Of a stretch of 64,000 bases of DNA, positions 1 to 15,607 are shown in pieces (position 1 is the stretch's first letter; every line of letters begins with the position of its first letter). The DNA is taken from NCBI RefSeq assembly GCF_009914755.1, contig NC_060942.1; one strand, 5' to 3'. The notes under the pieces are model-generated. The model was not told where the DNA came from. It worked only from the letters and a program-made list of their open reading frames with translations, and did no database searches. Made by a program: the position numbers and the translations under genes. Origin of the DNA: the human T2T-CHM13v2.0 reference genome, Homo sapiens.

Positions 1-69
1 AAAGTATACATAGTTATTACATTTGCATTTTTGATTGCATAATGCTAAGAGATGTTAAGTAATAAATTT

Positions 70-680
<611 letters not shown>

Positions 681-968
681 TAATAATTAATAAATTAATT
701 GCCCATATGTATGTTTTCTTTTTTGAATAACTTGTATGGCTACTTTTCTATGAGGATATTAATTACCTATTAATATGCAAGGGTTTATTGTCTAAGAGAT
801 ATTAACACTTTGTCATGTAAGTCAGGAAGAGAAATAGGAATCATGAGTCCTGGGCCGCTGCTCTGGCCATATGAAAACAGCAATGTTCCACTTACTCCTT
901 CCACTTAGAGGGAGAGTGAAACTGCCCAAGTCTGAGATCTGACCGAGTTGAAAGTAACCTTCATTTCA

Positions 969-1612
969 CTGTTGGTGGGACTGTAAACTAGTTCAACCAT
1001 TGTGGAAGTCAGTGTGGCGATTCCTCAAGGATCTAGAACTAGAAATACCATTTGACCCAGCCATCCCATTACTGGGTATATACCCAAAGGACTATAAATC
1101 ATGCTGCTATAAAGACACATGCACACGTATGTTTATTGCGGCATTATTCACAATAGCAAAGACTTGGAACCAACCCAAATGTCCAACAATGATAGACTGG
1201 ATTAAGAAAATGTGGCACATATACACCATGGAATACTATGCAGCCATAAAAAAGGATGAGTTCACGTCCTCTGTAGGGACATGGATGAAATTGGAAATCA
1301 TCATTCTCAGTAAACTATCGCAAGAACAAAAAACCAAACACTGCATATTCTCACTCATAGGTGGGAATTGAACAATGAGAGCACATGGACACAGGAAGGG
1401 GAACATCACACTCTGGGGACTGTTGTGGGGTGGGGGGAGGGGGGAGGGATAGCATTGGGAGATATACCTAATGCTAGAAGACGAGTTAGTGGGTGCAGCG
1501 CACCAGCATGGCGCATGTATACATATGTAACTAACCTGCACAATGTGCACATGTACCCTAAAACTTAAAGTATAATAATAAAAAAAAAAAAATAAATAAA
1601 TAAATAAAAAGA
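969..1612 (+). mobile_element. 5'-truncated young L1 (L1PA2/L1PA3-like): ORF2 C-terminus and 3'UTR
   Basis: ORF 1000-1371 matches the L1 ORF2p C-terminus (WKSVWRFL...FSLIGGN); G-rich 3'UTR and poly(A); 13-bp TSD AACCTTCATTTCA at 956-968 and 1613-1625. Confidence 0.96.
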
Positions 1613-1977
1613 AACCTTCATTTCAAAGCTTTAGCCTGTTCTTTCCTGTTGCCAGGATGGAGATCTGGGATTCAGGTCCCTTTTGTTTTGTAAAAACACC
1701 ATACGAGCCTTTGGCTGTGATGAGTTCTCCCGCAGGTAATCTCCGTAGGCTGGGTTACAACAAAGAAAACCAAATTTCTGTGCTCACAAGAATATTTTTT
1801 AAAGCAATGATGCAACCCTTAAATTTTTCCCTAATAGAGAAGCTGGGAAGATGAGGTTGTGAGATGCCTGGACTGGATGGGAGAATTGAGAGAGGAGAGG
1901 GCAGGGTCTTGGCAGGGGTTCAAGTGAAACGGCGGGAGGTAGGACCATGAGGGAACTGCCATAGATTGTGATTTCTT

Positions 1978-2097
1978 GTCCAGGTGCAGTGCCTCACGCC
2001 TGTGATCCCAGCACTTTGGGAGGCTGAAGCAGACAGATCACTGGAGGTCAGGAGTTCGAGACCAGCCTGGCCAGCATGGTGAAACCCCATCTCTACT

Positions 2098-2140
<43 letters not shown>

Positions 2141-2148
2141 CACACAAA
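1978..2148 (+). mobile_element. Alu left monomer with (CA)n tail
   Basis: Left arm only, then (CA)n at ~2099-2146; TSD TGTGATTTCTT at 1967-1977 and 2149-2159. Confidence 0.9.
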
Positions 2149-2684
2149 TGTGATTTCTTTGTAGTTGTAGGTGGAGAAATTGTATAACAGAGGTGTGTTC
2201 TGTTGCACTTCAAAACCTCACTCTGCTGAAATCGCCTTGTGTTTGAGAAGCTCTGTGGGATGAGGCAGGAGGTGGTGTCCAGGGTGAGGAGGTGAAGAAG
2301 AGGAAAGTGGCAAGTTGCTGCCTGGCCCCTGAGAGGTCCTCAGGACAGGGATTCTGAACAAGAAGTGAGCAGGGACCAGACCGTGGCCTCCTCCAGGAGA
2401 CACTCTGGAGATGGCAGCAGGCACCGACTTCCCACGGTAGGTGAGGCCGATGGGGTGGGGACCCATGCATTTCAATTTGATCTTAAAGGAATAAAAGATT
2501 TTAAAAGGAGCTGGATTTGAGGACATCACCTTGATAGCCATTCAGTCACATGTGTCAAAAATACCTTCCTCCTTATTGTGTGTCTTTTAACCTCAGCGTG
2601 CTCTAATTCCCTGGCCCTATTTGCACTCGACAAGCTCACCTTCTGGCTTCTCTTTTCTTTGCCATTGACTCTGTTCAGTTTTAT

Positions 2685-4022
<1,338 letters not shown>

Positions 4023-5744
4023 TAACATTAAATACAAGAATGCAGTCGAGCTATCCGCTGGAGTGTAGAGTTTATGGTTTCCAGGACAGACAAATTGGAA
4101 GTTTGAGTTATGTATCACTGACTTTTTAGTGATTGTGTGTCAAGCAAAAAGAACCAACACATTGATGAATACATTGTTTCTTCTCCCCGTTCTCAAGGCT
4201 AAGTTTTGGATAAAATGTCAGTCATTTAATTAGAAAGTTAGGGTGTGTCACATGAAAAAAGGACTTGATTACTTGGTGATGTGAAATGAAATATAAACAT
4301 ACTTGGGAAATGTAAGCATTTTTATTTATTAAGGTGTAAGAGTGACCTTTAATCAAAGTACTATTTAATGTTAGGGAAGGAAAAAAAGAAACGATTAAAC
4401 TGTAAGCAAGAGAGACACCACTTTAACTACTGTGCTTTCCTGAGTGTTTGGGGCATTTAGTCTTGTGCCAGAAAAGAAGCCATTGAAGAACTCCATCTCC
4501 ATTACTTCCTGGGATTTAATTAAATTAACTCACATCTGAATACTAAATAGATACTTTGCAAGGGAGCAAGTCATGAAGACAGGTAGCAGAACAAGGTAAA
4601 GCGAATGGCAGAAGGGTGGTAGATGGCTCGAGGGCACTAACATGGTGCTCTTTCAGGGGCCTCCCAAGTGTTCCAAAGGGGCAAAGAAATAGACCTGGGG
4701 ATTCCTAGTTTGCTTCACAGAGCCAATTCTGGGCCCAACCTGGGACAATTTCTCCATCTTCTGAGACTGTTATTGTAGAGCCTGCTCATTTCTGAGCAGA
4801 GGGAGAGAGAAGGAGGAAGAGGAATGTCTTCAGTGGACTCTGTTCATATGCCTGCTCCCTAATTTCTAGCTAAAGGAGGCAGTCAGGGCAAGCAGTTGGC
4901 CTGTCCTGAACCTATCAGTGTTAGCAATGGTGATCCCTACAACCTCCACACAAGTCGGCTTGCCTTATCTTTTGATAAAAGCCTTAGCAAAGCAAAGCAC
5001 ACTAACCCAAAGTCTTTCTCTTTCAAGATAACAAGGCAAACTTTATCAAGACTGCAGCCAGGGGCGTAGTGTGGCTCTGATTTCTGGAGGCGTGGGCTGG
5101 TGGGGGAAGGAGGCCCCAGCAGGGCTTTGCGGTGCTATTGACTCCTTTTACCATCTTCTCAAAAAAAACCTCCAGCTCTTGCTTTCATACTGCTTCCTCC
5201 AAGTTCTTTTGAACTTTGCAAAAAGCAGTCATCACCTGTACATGTTACCTTTAACCCTTTAAAAGGTGACAGTTTTGCAGAACTTGCTCTGGTAGTTCCC
5301 GATGTCCTGAGCTCGCTGCAGTTCTATTGGAACTGTAAACTGTGGGATGACTTTAGGTAGCAGTGGCGGCTGGAGGGCTTCGTTACAAGGCTGGGTTGGA
5401 ATGAACACGTTGGGTGTGGCATGGGAGCGAGAGGAAGACCCAAATCAGGAGACTGAGGCACATGAGGGAGCAGGAGTCCCGGGCTGCGCATGCAGTGGGA
5501 GGGCAGGCATTCCTCAGAGCTTGACACTGTTTCTAGAGGGGATGTTTGTCCGCTGACTCACACCGAGGCACGAACCACTGTCTACATCTTCCTTCTTTCT
5601 CCTCCTTTCAGATATCAGCCATGGTTTCATGGTTTGCATCCCAGGATAGAACACCAGGAAGCTCTGGTACTCTGGCTTCCCAGGCTGGATTATTTGGGGG
5701 ATATTCTCATAATAGAGGCAATAAAGTGGACCCAGAACAGGCCT

Positions 5745-5890
5745 TGAATGGCCCAAGCTCAAATCTCCACCCTGCCACTTACTATCAGTTACACCCAACA
5801 TCTCTGAGCTGCAGTTTTTTAAATCTGTAAAACGGGATCCCTAATGCCTGTCTAGAAAAGTTGTTATCATTAAGTATGATATCCATAAGT
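5745..5890 (+). mobile_element. MIR fragment
   Basis: MIR-core-like CTCTGAGCTGCAGTTTTTTAAATCTGTAAAACGGG. Confidence 0.6.
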
Positions 5891-6039
5891 ATTATATATA
5901 TATAATAGATAATCAGGAAGTTATGTTTGTTATTATCTCTATGTTACTTTCTCTATGTCTGTACCTGTATTTGTGTCTATGTCTGTATCTATATGTTATA
6001 GCTTTATCTACATGAATCTATATATGGAGTAAACTTATT

Positions 6040-6220
6040 TATGTTAAGAGCTTTATTGAGATATAATTTATATACAATTAAATCCATTTATTTTTTAAGA
6101 GTACAACTCAATGACTTTTAATAGTAAATTTACTAGTTATGCAACCATTGTTACAATAATGTTAAACCATTTTTATCACCCCCCCAAAAAAAACCTCATG
6201 GACATTTGCACTCACTAGAG
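6040..6220 (-). mobile_element. Old L1M 3'-end fragment
   Basis: GCTTTATTGAGATATAATTTATATAC... resembles an antisense L1M terminus. Confidence 0.65.
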
Positions 6221-6252
6221 TAAACTCTTTACCAAGACATTTACACTCATGA

Positions 6253-6584
<332 letters not shown>

Positions 6585-6604
6585 AAAAAAAATTTTAAAG
6601 TGAT

Positions 6605-6610
<6 letters not shown>

Positions 6611-6658
<48 letters not shown>
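6611..6658. repeat. (AT)24 microsatellite
   Basis: Perfect AT dinucleotide run at the tail position of the adjacent L1 tip. Confidence 0.98.
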
Positions 6659-6661
<3 letters not shown>

Positions 6662-6808
6662 TAAATTATACTTTAAGTTCTAGGGTACATGTGCACAACG
6701 TGCAGGTTTGTTACATGTGTATACATGTGCCATGTTGGTGTGCTGCACCCATTAACTCGTCATTTACATTAGGTATCTCTCCTAATGCTATCCCTCCCCC
6801 CTCCCCCC
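6659..6808 (-). mobile_element. L1PA 3'-terminal ~150 bp
   Basis: ATTATACTTTAAGTTCTAGGGTACATGTGCACAAC...GCTATCCCTCCCCCCTCCCCC is antisense L1PA 3'UTR. Confidence 0.95.
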
Positions 6809-7010
6809 TTTATTTGTGAGATGTGAGATGATGAACTTAATACAAATTCAAAAGGAAAAAAGGAGTATACAAGTGATGTCTCCCTCAGGGTTTCTCTCAG
6901 TTAACATTAGTTGCCTCTAAAAAGAACTGCTTGAAATCCCAGAGAGGTAGACAGAGATTTTAAACTCAAGGATGTATGCTGATTTTATCAAATTCTTTTT
7001 CGTCATCTAG

Positions 7011-7423
7011 AAGTGTGCTGTTCAATAAGGTAACCATTACCTCCTGTGGCTGGCTCACAAACACTTGAAATTTGGCTAGTGTGATTGAGGAACTGAATTT
7101 TTAATTTAATTTTAATTAAACTAAATTTTAAGACTGATAATTCAGTTACTGAAAAACTCAAGTATGTTTGCAACTTGGATATATACACCTACTTTTTTGT
7201 ATCATAAACTTCACTAAATCTTAATGCAGATCAAGCTTTTCCAATGAAAATTTTGTGTCTGAATTGCGGTGAGCTAGGACAGTACATTTTAGATATATTG
7301 GGTTAAATAAAATATCATTAAAATTTGTTTTATCTGTTGCTTTTTACTTATTTGAAATGTGGCTTCTAGAATATCTAAAATTACCCACGTGGTTCACTTT
7401 ATCTTCCTATTGGACATGCTGCT
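7011..7423. mobile_element. hAT-Charlie DNA transposon derivative (MER33/Charlie5-like)
   Basis: Degenerate terminal inverted repeats GTGCTGTTCAATA...TATTGGACATGCTG, flanked by TCTAGA-centred target sites. Confidence 0.7.
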
Positions 7424-7709
7424 CTAGAGAGATATCATATGCTTTTTCTCATTTTATCTATTATTATGGTGAAATATATTAGTGTATTTTCTAATAATTT
7501 TTCTCTTTTTGCATTTCTGGCATAACCACCACTTGGTCATGGCATTCTGAATTATTTACCATAATTCTTTATTCTTTATTTAGCTCCTTTGGCCTTAATA
7601 TTCATATGTAAGATTGGTCTTTAGTTTTATTGGGCTATCATCACACATCTGGAAGCTGTTCCTGTCTAGTCTTGACATTATTTAAATAACATAGAAGATA
7701 TTGTTCTTT

Positions 7710-8600
<891 letters not shown>

Positions 8601-9186
8601 GGGTGGCCCAGTTTGAGTATCATTGCACCTAGGACCCTGAACCAGGCTTCTCTAGCTCCACTCTCATGCTCAGTTGCTGACTACACATTCTCTCTAGGGG
8701 TCCCCCTGTCCCTTCAACAATCAGGCTTCTGTCAAATCTGGCTTCACCCAAATTCATTCAACAAATTTACTCATGTGTGAACCCCAGTGATTAATAAGCT
8801 CAAATTGTTTGCTAGGTGTCTCTCTAGCCACTGTGCAAATCTCTGGATACAAATGTTTGTCCTGGAGACAGGATACTGGCTAACTCTCTTGAAGCCACAT
8901 TCCAAATGGAAATTGGAGGAAGGGTCATATCCTCCAGCTCCCACCAAACTAATACACCCTGTTACAAAAGAATGTGGTTACTCAGTCTATCAACTTTGCT
9001 TTGGGTTCAGGATGTTGCACAACATACTGGTGAGATGTTAGAGGGAAAAGAAGAGAAAAGTTAGATACTAGAAACCCTCCCAGAGGGATTCTTCTGAAGA
9101 GAGATTCTTCTATAGCTCTACAATTATTAGGGCCTTAGGCTTGAGAGTCAAGTGAGTTGATATATGTAAAGCACTTAGGGTAGTGA

Positions 9187-9544
<358 letters not shown>

Positions 9545-9739
9545 AAGTTTAGTTATTTTTATCTCCATGCTCGGCATCACCGCTCCCTGTCCTGCCACCA
9601 TGGGAATGTGGGCCCATCCCAGCACAGCCTCCTTCCTCCTGCTGCCAAGGCTGCTTAGGTTCCACACCTGAGTCAGGAAAGTCCCAAATCCACCATGTTC
9701 AGAGAAGATACTTTCAGTTTCCAGCCCCATGACAGCCCT

Positions 9740-10122
9740 TAGGGTAGTTCACAAATACTCTTCTTTGCCTTCTTCAGGGACCTGGTAGGATTATAATTCC
9801 TCATGTCTTTTGATGTCCCATGTGGGCATGCGACTCTCTTGGCCAACAAAACCTGGAAGGAGTTAACTTGTGTTGCTTCTGGATGGAAGTTTTAAGAGGC
9901 CATGTGTGAGTCGCCACAACCCCTTATCACTGCTGCAGCGATTGTGAACTTGTGTCCAGCCAGAGCTTCCATCAGCCCAGGACCCCGAGAGATGGCACTG
10001 AGTTCGGCCCCAGCTGACCTGCACTGATGTGTGGTGTCAGTGAAAACAAACCTTTAGTGTATGAGGTCCCTGGGATTTGGGGGTTGCTCCTGCAACGTAA
10101 TGAGCCTACCATGAATGACACA
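9740..10122 (+). mobile_element. Old MaLR LTR (MLT1H/I-like)
   Basis: GCTTCTGGATGGAAGTTTTAAGAG...AACAAACCTTTAGTG...GGATTTGGGGGTTG motifs. Confidence 0.55.
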
Positions 10123-10389
10123 CCCCTAATGAGGCTTGTATGAAATGTGATAGGCTTGAATTAAATCCCACACACTGGGATTGAGAAAGGGGGAGACTCA
10201 AACTAATGTTCATCCTTCTCAACAAAGTGCAGGTCCCTGTGTCATCTCAGGCATATGTGAGTATATCCCTGTCCTCGGGGAGCCTTCCACATGCCCCCAT
10301 TACAGCTCTTCCACACTTCCACACAGGTGGTTGTTTGTTGCCTGTCTGATTCTCCTCTACAACTATGAGCTCCCAAAAGGCAGCAATGA

Positions 10390-10728
<339 letters not shown>

Positions 10729-10739
10729 CCAATGAACTT

Positions 10740-10930
10740 TTAATCAAGTTCCTTAACAGGTCTGTGCTTCAGTTTCCTTATCTATAAAACACAAATAATA
10801 ATCATACTTAGCTCAGAGTTGCAGTGAGAATTTGATTGAATAAATGAACCAATACATTTGAATGGTAGTTAAATCACTATTAGGGCAGTGCCTGCCACAT
10901 AAGCCATACTATGTAAGTGTTACCTTTTAT
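10740..10930 (+). mobile_element. MIR fragment
   Basis: CAAGTTCCTTAAC...CTTCAGTTTCCTTATCTATAAAA...CAGTGCCTGCCACATA. Confidence 0.7.
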
Positions 10931-11019
10931 TTTATCATTTCTGTTTGAAGGACTCTTGATTCCTGAATTATCTGTGTAAACCATTGCACTCTGCGTAGTC
11001 CCAGCACTGTGCCTTACAG

Positions 11020-11400
11020 ATGAAGCAGCTGTGGTTCAAGGGACAAAAGAGGCAAGAATGAACGGTTCCAGGATTTCCGGCTTGGGGAACCTGGTGGGCG
11101 TTATGCCTTCAGCCAAGAAAAAGAAAGTAAGAGGGATAGATTTAAGGGGGATACTGAACTGACTTTGGATGTGTTGAGTTTTAGGCGCCTGCAGGTCATC
11201 TAGACGGAGATGACTGATAGGCATTTAGGCAGGTGGATTTGGAAGTAAGCCGAGAGATGGGGTGTGGGGGGAGCAGATGTAGACGCATGTGTCATCAGCA
11301 TGTCCATGGCAGGTAAAGTCGTGGGATTCGAGGGACAAGGACTGAGGACCGCCCCCATGGGGAGAACCTATAGTCAAGGAGAGGTGGGAGGAACAAAAAT
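11020..11400 (-). mobile_element. L2 LINE fragment
   Basis: TTGGATGTGTTGAGTTTTAGGCGCCTGCAGGTCATCTAG... is an antisense L2 motif. Confidence 0.65.
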
Positions 11401-12889
11401 GAGCCTGCCACTGGGATGGCAGAGACAACATTTACTATAAACTCAAAATAAAAAGAAAAACATGGACTTTTGACTGTTCTGGGAAATTGCATAAACTCAA
11501 AGTTCTCTCCCTATAATCTCTTAGAATATGTGTGTGAAGAGATTCTCTACAACATGGGAGTGTGCACAAGCTGCTCTGAGCTTGCCACACCGCATCCCAC
11601 GAGGACAGGGTGGTGCCTGGGCTGACCTCAGGCCTGGGAGGCACATCATTCTCGTTTCTGAACGATAAAATGTTGTTCAGAGCTAAAGAACACAGTTTTC
11701 TCCCTTCACCCCTCCCAATCGTTTTAAATGAAAAAGCATTATAGCCATGCATAATGTCTCTTCTCATTAAAGTTTAATCCTAATCTGCAATAAGTCATAC
11801 TGAACACATACTAATGCAGTAATTGTGGGTTTGGGTGTGAAAGAGAATTCAGTCTTCACGTGTTCTGGACCACGACAGTTTACTCCGAGCCCCAATAGAT
11901 GGCACTGCTGATGCATGCAGCAGGAGAAACCAAGCATGGCTTCCTGAGTGGAACCAGAGTGATTCTACTACTTCATCTGTCTTTGGTAATAATCTATCAT
12001 CCCCCAAGAAACATTATCTCCAGATGCAGTTTCTTATTCTGTATTCCATGTGGCACACTTAGAACCTGCTGCCCCACCAAACCCTGTCCCCCACCTTGGA
12101 TCCTTCTCCTAAGGTTTTGGGCAAAAGAGCTCCTCTTCCTTTTCAGTGGTAGCTGCCTAGAATTGCCTTCCTCTCCTTCTTTTCCTTCTGCTTCCCTCTT
12201 CCTCACAACCCTACAGCTGTCCAAAAGCAGCCAGAGCCTGTGACCCCCATCACTTGTCCTCCTGGGTGCCCAGCCTGGCAGACGTCACCTGCAGATACCT
12301 GGCCTGCACTCTGGAAGCACACGCCCCCTACCATGTGGGAAGGTAATATCTTCTTTCAGATATCACATTGTTTGGCCAGTCATCAAATGCATCATTTTAC
12401 TTCAACCAGATTAGGAGTTCAGTGGTTCTGGGGGGCTGGGGGAACACGGCCACCAATCCTAACAACCCTATCACTCAGTGAGTCCCAAACCCAAAGGCGG
12501 TGATTGGCTGAGATAAAATGGGATCACAGCTAGGTGACTGCATCACACAGTAAGTGCTGTGACAGGGCTGTAAGGAAAATGCCATAAGGGAATTCCTTAT
12601 TCCTCCAGGTGAAGGCTGAAGCAAGGCATAGTGAAGGAGGTGATATTGAGCATGATCTATGAAGAGCCGTTCAGCAGAAGGAGTGGGGAGTGTAGGGACA
12701 GGAGGCAGTGCCCACCAAGACCACAGTGTGCTTCTGGCCTGGGAGGCTAGGAAGCTTGATGTAAAGTGAGTAGATTGACCAATGGGAAGAAGGGAGAGGG
12801 GGCTGAGGACAGACTGAGCAACCTTGAGTGCCCCTCGGTCCTTAGGCTTGAACGCTAAGCTATGAGGAGCCAGCAAAGGTTTTCCAGGT

Positions 12890-13340
12890 CAAGAGTTGAG
12901 TGTGTCCCCCTCAAAAAGATATAAAGTCCTAGCCTCCATACCTTAGAATGCGACGTAATTTGGAAAAAGGGCTGTTGCAGATGTGGTTAGTTAAGGTAAG
13001 GTGAGGTCATACTGAAGTATGTGGGCCTTTAATCCCAAACAACTGGTGCTCCTATGAGAGGAGAAAAGACCCAGACACACAGGGTGGGAGGGCCACAAGG
13101 CAATGCAGGCGGAGGTTGGAGTGGTGTGGCTGCACGCCGAGGAATGCCAAAGGTTGCTGGCAACACCAGAAGCTGGGACAGGCAAGGAAGAAGCACCTAT
13201 GGGTTTCAGCAGGAGCGTGGCCCTACTGATGCCTTGACCTTGGACTTCTAGCCTCAGACTCTGAGATAATCAGCTACTGCTGTTTAAGCACCCAGCTGGT
13301 GGTGCTTTGTTACGGAAGCTCCAGGAAAGTGAGCCACGGC
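12890..13340 (+). mobile_element. MaLR solo LTR (MLT1C-like)
   Basis: GTGTCCCCCTCAAAAAGATAT...TTTGGAAAAAGGGCTGTTGCAGATG...CTTGGACTTCTAGCCTC...TTTGTTAC. Confidence 0.8.
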
Positions 13341-13819
13341 CCTCCTCACACCCTGCTTATGTCCCTGCTAATCACCTGCACCTGAGCTGGGAGACCCTGT
13401 CCTCACCTCCTTGTGCTCCTCCACGCCCTCCTATCTGTGCTTCCATGATTACCTCGAAGCCCTCCTCCTCCTCAACCCACCACGACCCTCAGTCCCAGTG
13501 ACTTCCCTCTTGCCACTTACAGCCTCCACTGCACACTTGTCCTTGCTGTTCCACAGCCTCCCCTGCTCTCTCATTGTCTCCCAGATATTAGGCTGCTTCC
13601 CCAATGAAGCTCTAAGGGCCTTGAATGCTGTCCCCAAGTTTAGGAGCTGTGTTTAACATTAGGCCAATCTAAGCCATCATGAACACATTTACTGAGTTGA
13701 CTGATTTGCTCAGGGCTTTGGAGGAAGAAGCAAGAGACAGAGTTGACAGCAGCCTCAAGCACTAGCATAGGGATATTTTCATAATAATTATCAAGCCAGA
13801 GGGCATATGTGATAAAACA

Positions 13820-13940
13820 AGCTTTGAGACAGAATAGCTCTGAGGTATGACCTCAGCTCTACTACTTAGCAGCTGGTTAACCTTGGGCAAGTCACATGAC
13901 GTCCCTGTGTCTGTTTCCTCACCTAAAAGATAATGTCTGT
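13820..13940 (+). mobile_element. MIR fragment
   Basis: ACCTTGGGCAAGTCAC...CTGTTTCCTCACCT MIR core. Confidence 0.7.
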
Positions 13941-14324
13941 GACTCCAGATTGTGAACTGAATGTCTATGGAAGATCAGATGTTCATGAAAAGTCTTTGCG
14001 CAGTGGATGTCCAACACTGTACATGGCCATGGTGATTCGCACTCCAGCCAGCCCCGACTTCCTGTATCAGTCAATGATACCAGGATGTAAAGAATTTGCA
14101 TTCTGTGAATTTGCACTATGAAGAATTTCCCTCAGATCATAATAAAGTATAATTTCATAAATAATGGGCTTTCTATGTTGTCTAAGAATTTCAAGTGAGG
14201 CCCTGAAGCTGAGAACAATACATCACCATGGCCCCTGTGTTCTAGAAAGTGGTGTGAGGCCATCTGGGCAGAACTTGCTGAGGGTGGGCCCAAAGCCAAT
14301 TCTGCAGCCCCTGCATGTCACTCA

Positions 14325-15050
<726 letters not shown>

Positions 15051-15448
15051 TCAAAGATGCCTCTGCCCAAGACCTTCTTTCACAGAGGGGACCCCAACAG
15101 ACAGGGGCTCTGTGGCGTGGAAGCAGAGCCTGAGGGCCAGCCCTAGGAAGTCAGACAGAGGCTGCTTTGCTCCCTCCAGGGAGGGGCCACATCTAATGTC
15201 CCCAGCTGTGTGTGTGCCTGAAGAACCCACAAGAGCAGCCCTCCAGACCGTCATCATGACACCACTGCCACAGCACCAGATGGCCACAACATCACGCAAG
15301 AAGCCCCTTTTCCCTGTCTGCCCCACCCTTCACCGTGCCCTGGAGAAGCCAGAAATGAACTTAGAGCTGCCAAACCCAGCTCAGGCCTGCGTCGTGGAAG
15401 CTTTCCATTGAATGAGATGTTTGCATTTTGAGTCAAAGGGTCTGGACT

Positions 15449-15607
15449 CTTTTTTTTTTTTTTTTTTTTTTTTACAGTTTAAGTTCTAGGGTACATGTGC
15501 ACAACATGCAGGTTTGTTACATATGTATACGTGTGCCATGTTGGTGTGCTGCACCCATTAACTCGTCATTAGGAGATATACCTAATGTAAATGACGAGTT
15601 AATGGGT
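15449..15607 (-). mobile_element. ~160-bp L1PA 3' tip with 5' inversion
   Basis: Poly(T) and antisense L1 3'UTR to 15570, then sense L1 at 15567-15607; TSD GGGTCTGGACT at 15438-15448 and 15604-15614. Confidence 0.93.
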
